A stretch of DNA of 64,000 nt, taken from positions 1 through 64,000 of IMG/VR virus record IMGVR_UViG_3300010352_001405. One strand, written 5' to 3'. Positions 1-9,821 of the stretch are shown here, in pieces. Every line of letters starts with the position of its first letter. Position 1 is the first letter of the stretch. The notes under the pieces are model-generated. The model was not told the origin of the DNA. It was given only the letters and a program-made list of their open reading frames with translations, and made no database searches. Made by a program: the position numbers and the translations under genes. The stretch comes from a virus. Lineage: Duplodnaviria > Caudoviricetes.

Positions 1-1042
1 TTCTAACGAGATTTATATTATTTTCTTTACAATAATCATTTTTTATTTTATCTCTTTTTTGTAATTCTAATAATTTTATTTCTCCACCAAAAAATTCATT
101 TGGTTCGTAATGTTGTTTCCCATCATATTCTTTACATATATTATGATCAGGTAAATAAAAATCAAATGGTAATTTATTTATATTTTTACAATTATCAAAT
201 ATATATTCTCTTTCATATTCTATATTATATTTTTTTAATAATGTTGATATTTTTCTTTCGCCTTTACTTTCTTTACATATAGGACAACCATTTTTTTGAA
301 TTAAATGATTATGTGGGGTTTGTGAAAATTCTCCATGTGATGGACAAATTATTTTTATTTTGGACATTGAATTTATGTATTTAACGGTAGAATAATCATA
401 TTTATTATTGTGTATATTATTAGATCTTTCAATAAAATCTTTTATTTTAATTTTTCTTTTATCATTATCACATTCTGAACATCCCATACCTTTTAAATGA
501 TTTCCAGATAATTGATTAAATATCCCATGTTTTGGACATATAATATTTATATAACATCTAGTATTTTTATATATTGTTATTGAATAATCGTATTTATTAT
601 CATGTATTTTTTTACATTTTTCAATAAAATCAACTTGTGATAATTTTACTGATTTGTTACATAAATAACAACCATAACTCAAATGGAGAGACGGTCTTTG
701 TTCAAAAATACCATGAGTAGGACATAATATTTTTATTTTTTTATAACTATGAACATATTTTACTAACGAATAATCATATTTATCCCCGTGAATTTTCTTA
801 GCATCATCAATAAATTTTTCTACATTTTTTGTTTTCGTAATACTTTTAATTACATAAGCACATTTAGGACATCCGCTCTTATAATGAGAACTTGGTGTTT
901 GTTCAAAAATTCCGTGTTCTGAACATATTATTTTAATTTTCGTATCACAATTAACATAATTAACTAATGAATAATCGTATTTATTATCGTGTTTTAATTT
1001 AGATTTTTGTATAAATTCTTCTAAAGTTTTCTTTTTGTTCAT
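1..1042 (-). CDS. Free-standing (homing-type) endonuclease with DUF723-like repeats and a C-terminal DUF559/Vsr-like nuclease domain; runs off the window edge
   Basis: Manual translation from ATG 1042: repeated HxxKYDYSxxxY...IICxxHGxFxQxPxxH..GCxxC units, then CPICKESKGERKI...LPFDFYLPDHNICKEYDGKQHY...RDKIKNDYCKENNINLVR. Absent from the ORF track because the stop lies outside the window. Confidence 0.8.
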   Translation of the reverse strand, partial: MNKKKTLEEFIQKSKLKHDNKYDYSLVNYVNCDTKIKIICSEHGIFEQTPSSHYKSGCPKCAYVIKSITKTKNVEKFIDDAKKIHGDKYDYSLVKYVHSYKKIKILCPTHGIFEQRPSLHLSYGCYLCNKSVKLSQVDFIEKCKKIHDNKYDYSITIYKNTRCYINIICPKHGIFNQLSGNHLKGMGCSECDNDKRKIKIKDFIERSNNIHNNKYDYSTVKYINSMSKIKIICPSHGEFSQTPHNHLIQKNGCPICKESKGERKISTLLKKYNIEYEREYIFDNCKNINKLPFDFYLPDHNICKEYDGKQHYEPNEFFGGEIKLLELQKRDKIKNDYCKENNINLVR

Positions 1043-1150
1043 TTTCTTTATTTTTAATTTTCATGAAATTAAATAAATTATAAAAACTTATATTTTTTAC
1101 TTATATATAAATGATTAATAGAATGGTTTAGAAATAATATAAATAAATTC

Positions 1151-1285
1151 ATGGAATTACTAGAAACATTAAAAACTAAAATTACTAAAATAATAGTAAT
1201 AGAACATAATAATGAAGTAGAAAGTGATTTGATTATTAATGTTGTTAAAGATGAAAATGGTATTAGTTCTTTTGAAATAATTTAA
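1151..1285 (+). pseudogene. Orphan C-terminal fragment of an SbcC/Rad50/gp46-like ABC ATPase
   Basis: MELLETLKTKITKIIVIEHNNEVESDLIINVVKDENGISSFEI resembles the H-loop and terminal strands of SMC/SbcC ATPases. Confidence 0.5.
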
Positions 1286-1306
1286 TATATAATTATAAAT
1301 AATATA

Positions 1307-1708
1307 TTGGATATGAGAATACATCAAAGTTTTGTTAAATATTTAAAAGAAAAAAAATCTGAAGAAAAAAGATTTGTAGTGGATGAAAAGAATCACAAAT
1401 TTTATGTAATTTTAGATGATATTTTGCTAGCTGAATCTGGATTTAAGATAGAGAATCCAGATGAATGGTTTAATGGAAAATACATCAGCATTTACGATTT
1501 AAAAACAATTGAAAAATATAGAGGCAAAGGATTTGCTAGATATTTATTAGAAAAAATATTTGAGTATACAAAAAATATTCTTGAATTTAATATTGTCACA
1601 TTAATAGTGGATAAGGATAATTATAAAGCAATAAAATTATATTTTAATATGGGGTTTGAAATATTCATGGAATATGATGAAAGTTATTCATTAGTGAAAA
1701 AATTATGA
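1307..1708 (+). CDS. GNAT family N-acetyltransferase
   Basis: Motif A KYRGKGFARYLL, motif B VDKDNYKAIKLYFNMGFE. Confidence 0.85.
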   Translation: MDMRIHQSFVKYLKEKKSEEKRFVVDEKNHKFYVILDDILLAESGFKIENPDEWFNGKYISIYDLKTIEKYRGKGFARYLLEKIFEYTKNILEFNIVTLIVDKDNYKAIKLYFNMGFEIFMEYDESYSLVKKL

Positions 1709-1711
1709 ACG

Positions 1712-1915
1712 ATGGAATTCACTTGGGAAGATTATATAGAATTTAAAGGAAGAATGATGGAATTGGAATTGAATTACTTTATTCCTATGGAAATTGAACA
1801 TTTGAATGAATATTATAAATGTAGACGTTCCTATGATTATTTTAGAAATAGTCAATTTTGTAATTATTTAAAAAATAAAAAAAGAACAAGTTTGATCGAA
1901 AAGATGATTGATTAA
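1712..1915 (+). CDS. Hypothetical protein with C-terminal KRxxLIEKM motif
   Basis: ORF track; C-terminal motif shared with four other ORFs. Confidence 0.55.
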   Translation: MEFTWEDYIEFKGRMMELELNYFIPMEIEHLNEYYKCRRSYDYFRNSQFCNYLKNKKRTSLIEKMID

Positions 1916-3066
1916 TATAATACTTTAACATAAACCGAATTTTTATAATTAATTCTAATTTTAGTTTTAACTTTCCAATCATATCCGCTATAAGGTATTA
2001 CCCAGTAACTATCACTACCAGTGACAGTCAGACGATGATAACAATAACAGTTACCATCTTGTTTTTTTCTATCCATATGCTCATATATATCATGAATATA
2101 AAAAAACATTTCCATTTTGGAATCTAAATATTGCAAACATTTAATATCTATCCTGTTTTCATTTATGTTTTTTTTTATAGAAATTAATTTATCTATATCT
2201 GTTTTTTTATTTATTTCATTTTTTATTGTGTTATAAACATTATTAAATTCAGAATTATTTATCCATATCTTAGATATTGGATTATTATAGAAATATATTC
2301 CACTGTTCAAAGCTTTTGTCATAAAAATTATAGTTTTGTTAACATCTCTAATGTTTTCTTTGACTATCGTTTGTGTGTACGGACTAGAAGATCTTCCAAT
2401 AATAATATGGCAAAATGTTGATAAATATGATATTTCCATTAAATCGCATCCATCATTTTTTATGATGTCCGAAGTAAAAAATATATTATTTTTATTGATA
2501 TTTATTTTATCAGTTAAAATAAAATCCACTTCTCTAAAATCTTCAGATAAAGAATCTACGATTTTTGAAAAATCTATATCATCAGATTGATATGAACGAA
2601 TGGGGCCATTACTAATTAATACTTTAAAATTACTTATATTATTTTTTAGATATTCATTAACGTTATTTATATTATAGTAATTGTAGTCTATTTTTGGTTC
2701 ATAATGACTTAATTCTTCTAATGTTATTTGTAATTCATCATATATATTAGAATATATAAAATGTACAGCCATGACATCTATGTTTATAGGTAGACTTATA
2801 TAACAATCATTATCATTTACTCTTAAAATATAATGACCGTATATGTAGTTTGGGTTTGTTGATAAAACATTTAAATTATATTCATCATTAAATTTATCGA
2901 ATATTAATTCTGGTATATCTTTTAGTAAATTTTTAGCATTGTTTATGTTTTCGCATAAAAAGTAATAATTATCGTAATCTGTTTTTCTTATTATATCTCT
3001 CACATATTCTCTGCAATAATGTATGTCGCCGTTATGCCCTTCACTATTAAAATATAAGTTTTTCAT
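1912..3066 (-). CDS. Putative GT-B glycosyltransferase-like protein
   Basis: N-terminal GHNGDIHY and C-terminal DLMEISYLSTFCHIIIGRSSSP resemble GT9-like motifs. Confidence 0.5.
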   Translation of the reverse strand: MKNLYFNSEGHNGDIHYCREYVRDIIRKTDYDNYYFLCENINNAKNLLKDIPELIFDKFNDEYNLNVLSTNPNYIYGHYILRVNDNDCYISLPINIDVMAVHFIYSNIYDELQITLEELSHYEPKIDYNYYNINNVNEYLKNNISNFKVLISNGPIRSYQSDDIDFSKIVDSLSEDFREVDFILTDKININKNNIFFTSDIIKNDGCDLMEISYLSTFCHIIIGRSSSPYTQTIVKENIRDVNKTIIFMTKALNSGIYFYNNPISKIWINNSEFNNVYNTIKNEINKKTDIDKLISIKKNINENRIDIKCLQYLDSKMEMFFYIHDIYEHMDRKKQDGNCYCYHRLTVTGSDSYWVIPYSGYDWKVKTKIRINYKNSVYVKVLY

Positions 3067-3194
3067 GAAACATTTATTTATAAAATGATATAAAGTTTAT
3101 TAAAAAATTAAACTAAACAAATTCAAAATTGAACTTTATATTTAAATAAACTATATTAATTGGTTTAAATTGAACCATGATTTTCAATCGATAA

Positions 3195-3524
3195 TTGGAC
3201 ATTATTATTGTCCAATTTGTGGAAATAAGTCATAGTATTAAGAATATTGAATTGATTGACAATAAAATATACGGTGATGTAGAAATTTTAAATACTCCAT
3301 GTGGAAAAACTGTTAAATTATTAAATGGAAATTATAGAATGGGATTAAGAGCATCAGGGAGAACTGAAGAAAAAGTAATAAATCGTGGTGAACAAACATT
3401 TTCAGAAATTGATCCTTACTGTGAAGAAAATTGGAATGACGATGATTTTGAAACAGTAAAAAAAATAGAAATATTTAAAATTTATACATGGGATATTATT
3501 CCTCTTCAAAAAACAAATAATTAA
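3195..3524 (+). CDS. Degenerate T4 gp21-like prohead protease domain with DPYCEENW tag
   Basis: ISHSIKNIELIDNKIYGDVEILNTPCGKTVKLL matches the VSH...G...ILxTPxG pattern; the catalytic GVSSRG region reads MGLRASG; 5' end appears frameshifted. Confidence 0.5.
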   Translation: MDIIIVQFVEISHSIKNIELIDNKIYGDVEILNTPCGKTVKLLNGNYRMGLRASGRTEEKVINRGEQTFSEIDPYCEENWNDDDFETVKKIEIFKIYTWDIIPLQKTNN

Positions 3525-3525
3525 A

Positions 3526-3738
3526 ATGAAAAATAAAATAGTAATACTTAGAGACGGAAAAACCACATTAAGAATAATAGATATTATAATTAATAAAGGC
3601 GACACCGAATATTTAGCGATAGACTTTGAAACTACTACTATAACTACAATAAAACCAAAAGACATTTATGATATTTTAAAAATTGAAGGTGATAAACCTC
3701 ATTCAGATAAAAATAACATAATAGAATACGGAATTTAA
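3526..3738 (+). CDS. Hypothetical protein
   Basis: ORF in series with neighbours. Confidence 0.5.
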   Translation: MKNKIVILRDGKTTLRIIDIIINKGDTEYLAIDFETTTITTIKPKDIYDILKIEGDKPHSDKNNIIEYGI

Positions 3739-3765
3739 TATAATAAAATATTAATATATACGTAT

Positions 3766-4251
3766 ATGGTACTTGGACATGAAGATATAGAAATGAATTT
3801 ATCATCATCAAATATAACAATAGAAAATATTGATATATTGAGTTTGAATGAAAATTTCAGAATAATTGAAGAAACATTTTATAAAGTATTTGATCTGAAT
3901 CCGTGTTTAATGGTAATAGGTAAATTGGAAACCGGCGAATTAATTGACGTTAATCAAGCCTTTATAGATATTATTGGTATTCAATCGAAGTATGATGTTA
4001 TAGGGAAAATAACCACAGAAGAAGGTCTTAAAATTTTGAAAAAGAAAGACAGAGATACAATTATTCGCTCTATATATGATGAAGGTGAGGTAAAAAATAT
4101 TTTTGTCAAAATCAAAACGCCTTCCAATAAAAAGTTTAGAGGATTATTTTCGGCAACAATAATTGAAATGAATAATATTAAATGTTTATTAACAATTTGC
4201 CAAATTATTAATAAAAAATGCTTAATGGATTGTATATCTGATTTTTTTTAA
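3766..4251 (+). CDS. Stand-alone PAS domain protein
   Basis: FDLNPCLMVIGKLETGELIDVNQAFIDIIG...DVIGK pattern typical of PAS. Confidence 0.7.
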   Translation: MVLGHEDIEMNLSSSNITIENIDILSLNENFRIIEETFYKVFDLNPCLMVIGKLETGELIDVNQAFIDIIGIQSKYDVIGKITTEEGLKILKKKDRDTIIRSIYDEGEVKNIFVKIKTPSNKKFRGLFSATIIEMNNIKCLLTICQIINKKCLMDCISDFF

Positions 4252-4256
4252 ACATC

Positions 4257-4523
4257 TTGATTAATTTAATATATAAAGACAAAAAATACAATTATACGAT
4301 TATGCAATTACATGACGGACGCAAGATTGTAGATCCTAATAAAAAATCCTATTTTTTTCTTTTTAGATTGTATTTAAAAAGGAATAAAAAGAGAATATTA
4401 AATTTTTTTCTTTTTTTAATGTTGATGATTATTTTGTTCGCTCCGATTTGGAGCGGAAATCTTATTGGAAATTGGATAAAGGATTTTATTGGAACAATAT
4501 TAAATATAATTAAAACAATATAG
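4257..4523 (+). CDS. Hypothetical membrane protein
   Basis: Hydrophobic segment ILNFFLFLMLMIILFAPIW. Confidence 0.5.
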   Translation: MINLIYKDKKYNYTIMQLHDGRKIVDPNKKSYFFLFRLYLKRNKKRILNFFLFLMLMIILFAPIWSGNLIGNWIKDFIGTILNIIKTI

Positions 4524-4539
4524 AATATCTTCAAATTTC

Positions 4540-4809
4540 ATGGTAAAAAAGAAAAACAAAGACGAAAAATTTTATATAGAAGAAATTGGTGTTCTTGATT
4601 GGCTTAAAAGCACGGAAGAATATCAAATACATAGATTTTCAAATAGAATAGAATACAAGAAAAATTATAAATTACATAGAGAAGGAGGTCCAGCTATTGA
4701 ATTTTTTTCAGGCATTGGTAATCAATATTATATAGATGGAGATAAATTATCAGAGGAAAAATATAAAAATTATAATAGAGGAATTTTAATTGATAAAATG
4801 ACGAAATGA
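4540..4809 (+). CDS. LHREDGPA-repeat (MORN-variant-like) protein
   Basis: KLHREGGPAIE...QYYIDG; C-terminal RGILIDKM. Confidence 0.65.
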   Translation: MVKKKNKDEKFYIEEIGVLDWLKSTEEYQIHRFSNRIEYKKNYKLHREGGPAIEFFSGIGNQYYIDGDKLSEEKYKNYNRGILIDKMTK

Positions 4810-5085
4810 TTATTCTTTGTAAATAACACAAAGGGGTTCATTTTTTGTTATTTGTATTATTTTTCTAAAAGCTCCTCTAATATCACCGTGTTCAACTAAA
4901 GGATTTTCTTTATCTATGAGTTTTTTAAGAAGCTTAAGATTTATTTCCCAAGGATCTCCTTTAAATATTATTTTATCTGTTTTGGCATTAAAAATATATT
5001 CAAGGATAAATTGATTCAACTTATCTTGGTTTTCAAAGGATTTGTAAGCTATTTTTTCTTTAAGATTCAATTTCAATTCATGCAT
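4810..5085 (-). CDS. Hypothetical protein
   Basis: ORF track. Confidence 0.5.
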   Translation of the reverse strand: MHELKLNLKEKIAYKSFENQDKLNQFILEYIFNAKTDKIIFKGDPWEINLKLLKKLIDKENPLVEHGDIRGAFRKIIQITKNEPLCVIYKE

Positions 5086-5196
5086 CTTTATTTTGTTATT
5101 TTATTGATTTTTATTTTAAAAGTTTTATTTTTTGAATTATTTTTTTTATATATAGGTATATATTAAAAGTATTTAAGTGAAAATTAATATTTAATA

Positions 5197-6252
5197 ATGG
5201 ACGATTATGAATTTTTAAACGAAGATATGTCAGAGATGGCTACTAAAAAATTAAGAGATGCTATTCATGATATAGTAGTCGGACTTAAACAAAAAGAAAC
5301 GTTAGATGTAGAAGAATTGTCTAATGCTCTTTTAAATGATAATAAAATAACAATTAGTCCTTATTTTTTGGATAAGTTTCTGGATGACTTTATGAGAGTT
5401 AAAAGAGGAGATAAAAAAGCTTCTACGTTTTTTACACGAGGTGATACTAGATGGCTAGGTGTAAGAGATAATAAAGGAACAAAAGAGGTTAGGAATAATT
5501 TATTATTTCTTAAACCAGCATTATCGAAACATAAGAGAAAATTATATTCTGACGAAGAACATCAAAAGCTAGAACAAGCTTATAAAAATGGAATGCCAGA
5601 GCTTAATTTCACTGAAGATGTTTTAAAGAAAACTATCATTTTACAAAAACCAGAAGATTCGAAGAAAATAATGAAACTCATATATAGTGATATGATTATA
5701 GATAAAAAATATTATAATTCTTATGATAATTGTTGGAAATTGATGTGTTTGATCGGCAAACAAAACAATTTAGACAGAATAAGAGGATATTTTAAATTCG
5801 CCCCTCAGTCAGTGAAAGATGAATATAAAAGAACAGGAAAAGTGGATTTAAACTTAAAAAAGGTAGAAAAAGAAAAAACAAAAAATACAACTACAAATTC
5901 TACTCAAAAATCAAAATCAAATATTTCAACTGTTGGGGACCTTAACGGGTGGCAACGGTATACCTTTAATCAGAACACGCAATATTTAGATGAAAAAATT
6001 GGTAACTGGAAAGAATTCACAGGTATTAGTTTATCGGGTCTAATAAAAATAATAGACGGATTAAAAGTCATATCTAAACATTCGGAAATAGATGTTTTTC
6101 TGTCAAAAATTGACGAATTAATAATTTATTTAAGAGAGACTTATATGGTAGAAAAAACAGAAATAATAAACCATTTTAAAAAAATAGGACTTGCCAAATT
6201 TTTAAGAGATTGGGAATCTACTAAAATAAGACCAAAAATTAATGATTTTTAA
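5197..6252 (+). CDS. Hypothetical protein, possibly virion-associated (YEFLNE N-terminus)
   Basis: 351 aa ORF. Confidence 0.6.
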   Translation: MDDYEFLNEDMSEMATKKLRDAIHDIVVGLKQKETLDVEELSNALLNDNKITISPYFLDKFLDDFMRVKRGDKKASTFFTRGDTRWLGVRDNKGTKEVRNNLLFLKPALSKHKRKLYSDEEHQKLEQAYKNGMPELNFTEDVLKKTIILQKPEDSKKIMKLIYSDMIIDKKYYNSYDNCWKLMCLIGKQNNLDRIRGYFKFAPQSVKDEYKRTGKVDLNLKKVEKEKTKNTTTNSTQKSKSNISTVGDLNGWQRYTFNQNTQYLDEKIGNWKEFTGISLSGLIKIIDGLKVISKHSEIDVFLSKIDELIIYLRETYMVEKTEIINHFKKIGLAKFLRDWESTKIRPKINDF

Positions 6253-6663
6253 ATGCCCGGATTACCAAGAAAATCAACAGTGAATCAATTTAAAAGATTG
6301 ATGAAAAGGTCTGGAAAATCTAGAACCAATAAATTATCAGGCGGAAGAGATCCTTCAACAAGGAGAATTGCTACATATGAACAATTTAAAAACTTAAACG
6401 AAGGAATAAAATGGTGGAAAAATGGAAAAATTTATGATGATGACTCAGGCGATAATATTATAGATAAAAAACGGGATAAATATATAGGAATGAAAATATT
6501 TAGAAGTAACAATAATATCCCTTTTGGTGAAATAATATCAATTGAAAACAAAATAACTGTGAAGAATACTAATTATCAAAAGTTTATATTATCTTTTAGT
6601 AAGTTCAATGAATATGAATTCAAAGATTCGGATGGAAATATAATAAAATTAGATTTTGATTAA
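6253..6663 (+). CDS. Hypothetical protein with basic N-terminus and internal CTS-like motif
   Basis: IATYEQFKNLNE followed by GIKWWKNGKI. Confidence 0.55.
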   Translation: MPGLPRKSTVNQFKRLMKRSGKSRTNKLSGGRDPSTRRIATYEQFKNLNEGIKWWKNGKIYDDDSGDNIIDKKRDKYIGMKIFRSNNNIPFGEIISIENKITVKNTNYQKFILSFSKFNEYEFKDSDGNIIKLDFD

Positions 6664-6683
6664 TCAACAAGAAATACAATAAA

Positions 6684-7298
6684 TTATTTAGATTTTTTAT
6701 AACCTATTTTTCTTATGTTATTTGGATCCATTAACCAACATTGCCCGCTTTTTATATTGTTCTTATCATTGATTTCATAATTGAAATCGTTATTTATAAG
6801 AAGATAACTAAACTTGTCATCGAATTCAACTAAAAATTTTAAGCCGTCTTTATTGAATTGATTAACAATAATTCCTTTTTGACCGACAATAACATCTTTT
6901 TGAAAATCCTGTTCTTTAATAACAACTACTCTATCACCGATTGCAAATTCATCATCTAATTCAATATCAACTTCATTCCTTAATTTTTCCTCCTTTAAAA
7001 GAATTTTATTTAGGAGTTGAGATACTATTCTAGCTTCATTTCTTTTTTTATTACCACCAATATCCATGATGGTTAATGTCGTACTTCCCCAATTATCTTT
7101 TTTATTAAAATATACATACAATTTTGTACTTTTTGGATGTTGATTATAATATACTATTTTAAAAACGACTTTTTTATTTGGTGTCAATTCTTTTTCAAAA
7201 ATAGATTTCACCAATTCGTTTTCTATAGTGACAACCCATTTTATTTTATCACTTTCAGTATCTTCAATTAATTTTTTTAAAACGTCTGATGAATTCAT
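6684..7298 (-). CDS. Hypothetical protein; N-terminal domain paralogous to the C-terminus of 7295-8095, C-terminal KOW/SH3-like domain
   Basis: KKLIEDTESDKIKW vs KKLMEDTKKDKLKW; FAIGDRVVV. Confidence 0.55.
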   Translation of the reverse strand: MNSSDVLKKLIEDTESDKIKWVVTIENELVKSIFEKELTPNKKVVFKIVYYNQHPKSTKLYVYFNKKDNWGSTTLTIMDIGGNKKRNEARIVSQLLNKILLKEEKLRNEVDIELDDEFAIGDRVVVIKEQDFQKDVIVGQKGIIVNQFNKDGLKFLVEFDDKFSYLLINNDFNYEINDKNNIKSGQCWLMDPNNIRKIGYKKSK

Positions 7299-8095
7299 TC
7301 GAAATTTATATTATATTTTTTAATCATTTCCTTTGTAAAATCCACAATTTCATTAATTTCACTGAATTTAAAATTTTTTATGAATATATCTTTTTCTTTT
7401 CTTGTCTGATCTTGAAAATGTATAGATAAGAAAGTATAATTTTCTTGTATTTTATTAAAAATATAAAAACTAAATAATAAATTCTTATTTTCTGTAATTT
7501 TATGTGTAGTTTCATATTTTACCCAACCTTTAGCTGATGAAGACTTTACCCATTTCAATTTATCTTTTTTAGTGTCTTCCATTAATTTTTTAACTAATTG
7601 TCCTTGATTTAAAGGAGGAAGGTATTGCGGTTCAGGCCCTTTATTATAAATACTTTTATAAACTGAAACAAATTTTTTAACTTCATCTTTAGTGTATCTA
7701 TTACTAAAAATAGTTTTAATAACTTTATATATTTTAGAATGTTGTCTTTTATTGCTCTTGTATCTTTCTGATTCTGGTAAATCTTTTCCTCCATTTGGTA
7801 AATATGATAAAGTGTCTTCACGGGGAGTTAAATCCAAATAAGACATATCATATAGCGTTTTCACTTTCTGATCACATATTTGCAATAAATCCTTCGCTAT
7901 TTTATTACCTGTGTCTGCCATTTTTGTTAAAATATATTTAAATCTATCAGACACTATCATTTCCATTCCTGAAGATATTTTTGGCAACACGTATGTCTGG
8001 TTGAATTTTTTTTGATTTTCAGGCCATGCTTTTCCAACTCTATTTTTTTTAGATCGTCTTCTTGATTCATTTATTATTCCATTATAATTACGCAT
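7295..8095 (-). CDS. Hypothetical protein with CTS-like N-terminus
   Basis: MRNYNGIINES. Confidence 0.6.
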   Translation of the reverse strand: MRNYNGIINESRRRSKKNRVGKAWPENQKKFNQTYVLPKISSGMEMIVSDRFKYILTKMADTGNKIAKDLLQICDQKVKTLYDMSYLDLTPREDTLSYLPNGGKDLPESERYKSNKRQHSKIYKVIKTIFSNRYTKDEVKKFVSVYKSIYNKGPEPQYLPPLNQGQLVKKLMEDTKKDKLKWVKSSSAKGWVKYETTHKITENKNLLFSFYIFNKIQENYTFLSIHFQDQTRKEKDIFIKNFKFSEINEIVDFTKEMIKKYNINFE

Positions 8096-8348
8096 ATTCT
8101 TCTCTTAAATCTTCTGGGTGTAAATAATTATAAATATTTTTATTTATTTCTTTAATTTGTTCTTCAAAATGTTTTACTATTCCTGGTATATTATCGTTTT
8201 CAATGAATCTGACATTAAAATTCATATCATCTGTGACTTCTAAAATATTATGATTTAATTCACTCAGTCCTTCATCCCAATCTTCTTCGTTGTAAGGATC
8301 GACATCTTTATGGGATTCTTTAATATATTTATTAAAATGTTTAATCAT
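8088..8348 (-). CDS. Hypothetical protein with CTS-like N-terminus and DPYNEEDW tag
   Basis: MIKHFNKYIKESHKDVDPYNEEDW. Confidence 0.6.
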   Translation of the reverse strand: MIKHFNKYIKESHKDVDPYNEEDWDEGLSELNHNILEVTDDMNFNVRFIENDNIPGIVKHFEEQIKEINKNIYNYLHPEDLREEYA

Positions 8349-8369
8349 CTATTTTTTATTTTTTATATA

Positions 8370-8732
8370 TTAATTATTAGAAATGATATCGTGTATAATT
8401 AATCGATGTTCTATTATTAATTTATTACTCAATTTTATCATACAGTCGTCGTCGAATTTGATATAATAATCATCATTAAATTTATCAGCTCGATTAAAAA
8501 CAACAAATCTATTTATTATAGATCTGTTATAAAATAAATTTTTCTTTTCATTATATGTTATTTCTGCAATTTTTATTTCTTTTCCTGATAAAACTTTATT
8601 AATTTCATAACAAACCAAATCTTTACTATTTTTCAATAGTTGAAAGAGATGTCTAAGATCCATTTCATTTACAAATAAATTATTTTGCATATTTACTGAT
8701 TCTAACGCAAAGTTATTAAAATTTTTTATCAT
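8370..8732 (-). CDS. Hypothetical protein with CTS-like N-terminus
   Basis: MIKNFNNFALES. Confidence 0.55.
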   Translation of the reverse strand: MIKNFNNFALESVNMQNNLFVNEMDLRHLFQLLKNSKDLVCYEINKVLSGKEIKIAEITYNEKKNLFYNRSIINRFVVFNRADKFNDDYYIKFDDDCMIKLSNKLIIEHRLIIHDIISNN

Positions 8733-8744
8733 ATACTAATTTTT

Positions 8745-9740
8745 TTAATAATCCCAGTCTTCCTCACCATAGGGATCAAATTCTTTATATTTTTCAACAT
8801 TTTTTAATCTTTTTCGTTCTTTTTCTAAATATTTTTCTTCGGTTATTACATTTTCTTTATACACATAATAACATCGATCTGGCAAATTTAATTCTGAATA
8901 TTCTTCAGCTGAATGTAATTCATCATTAAATCTATCATCAAATAAAATTAAATAATCATAAACCAAATAATCCGAATTAAATTCATCTTTTGTTAATATT
9001 ATTTTTCCTCTATTGTAACGAAATTCAATTTCATCAACTGTTCCATAAACATAAACTATATCATCTTTTTTTGAATAATTCTCTTTTATAATAAATTTAT
9101 TTATTTTCAAATATTTTTTATATTCTGTTATTATTTTATCAAATAAAATTTCATTATCGAATCTTTTACTGACCATATCATAAACAATATCGTCATTTAT
9201 TTTTATAACAATATTACTATTTACTGATTTATATTCAGCGGTTATAAAATCTTTGTTAATCATAGAAATTTCTAAATATGTATCATAATAAAGATTGTGC
9301 CTACTATGAATTTCTTTATTTATATATCCATATATACTTTTAATTCTTAATGATTTTGAAGATCTTTTTTGAACTATTAATGACATATTATCGATAAGTT
9401 GATTAATTAGAAAATTATTACCTTCAACATTCATCTTAATATCTGTTGTTCCAGATAAAGGATCAATGGATTCTTGTATTTTGCCGTTTTTCCATCGTCT
9501 AAATTCCCCATCAGAATCTTCATCTTTTTTTGAAAACGAATTACCTTGGACGTATAAATTATCTTCAGCCGTCCAAAGCATATACCCATCTGGAAATTCA
9601 ATCCTATAAAGACAGAAATAATCTCTAATATCTACATCTATTACTATTGCTTTATTTGGATTTCTATAAAAACAAACAACATCCCCAATTTTGAATCTAG
9701 GAATAGATTCATTAACGAATGTTAAATAATTTTTCATCAA
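8745..9740 (-). CDS. Multi-module hypothetical protein with CTS-like N-terminus and C-terminal DPYGEEDW
   Basis: MKNYLTFVNES...FKIGDVV...EFDPYGEEDWDY. Confidence 0.6.
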   Translation of the reverse strand: MMKNYLTFVNESIPRFKIGDVVCFYRNPNKAIVIDVDIRDYFCLYRIEFPDGYMLWTAEDNLYVQGNSFSKKDEDSDGEFRRWKNGKIQESIDPLSGTTDIKMNVEGNNFLINQLIDNMSLIVQKRSSKSLRIKSIYGYINKEIHSRHNLYYDTYLEISMINKDFITAEYKSVNSNIVIKINDDIVYDMVSKRFDNEILFDKIITEYKKYLKINKFIIKENYSKKDDIVYVYGTVDEIEFRYNRGKIILTKDEFNSDYLVYDYLILFDDRFNDELHSAEEYSELNLPDRCYYVYKENVITEEKYLEKERKRLKNVEKYKEFDPYGEEDWDY

Positions 9741-9821
9741 AGCTATATATTAAAAATTGGAACCAATTTTTAATATATATATATATATATAATAGAAAAT
9801 TCAAAAAACAAAAGAATTGCA

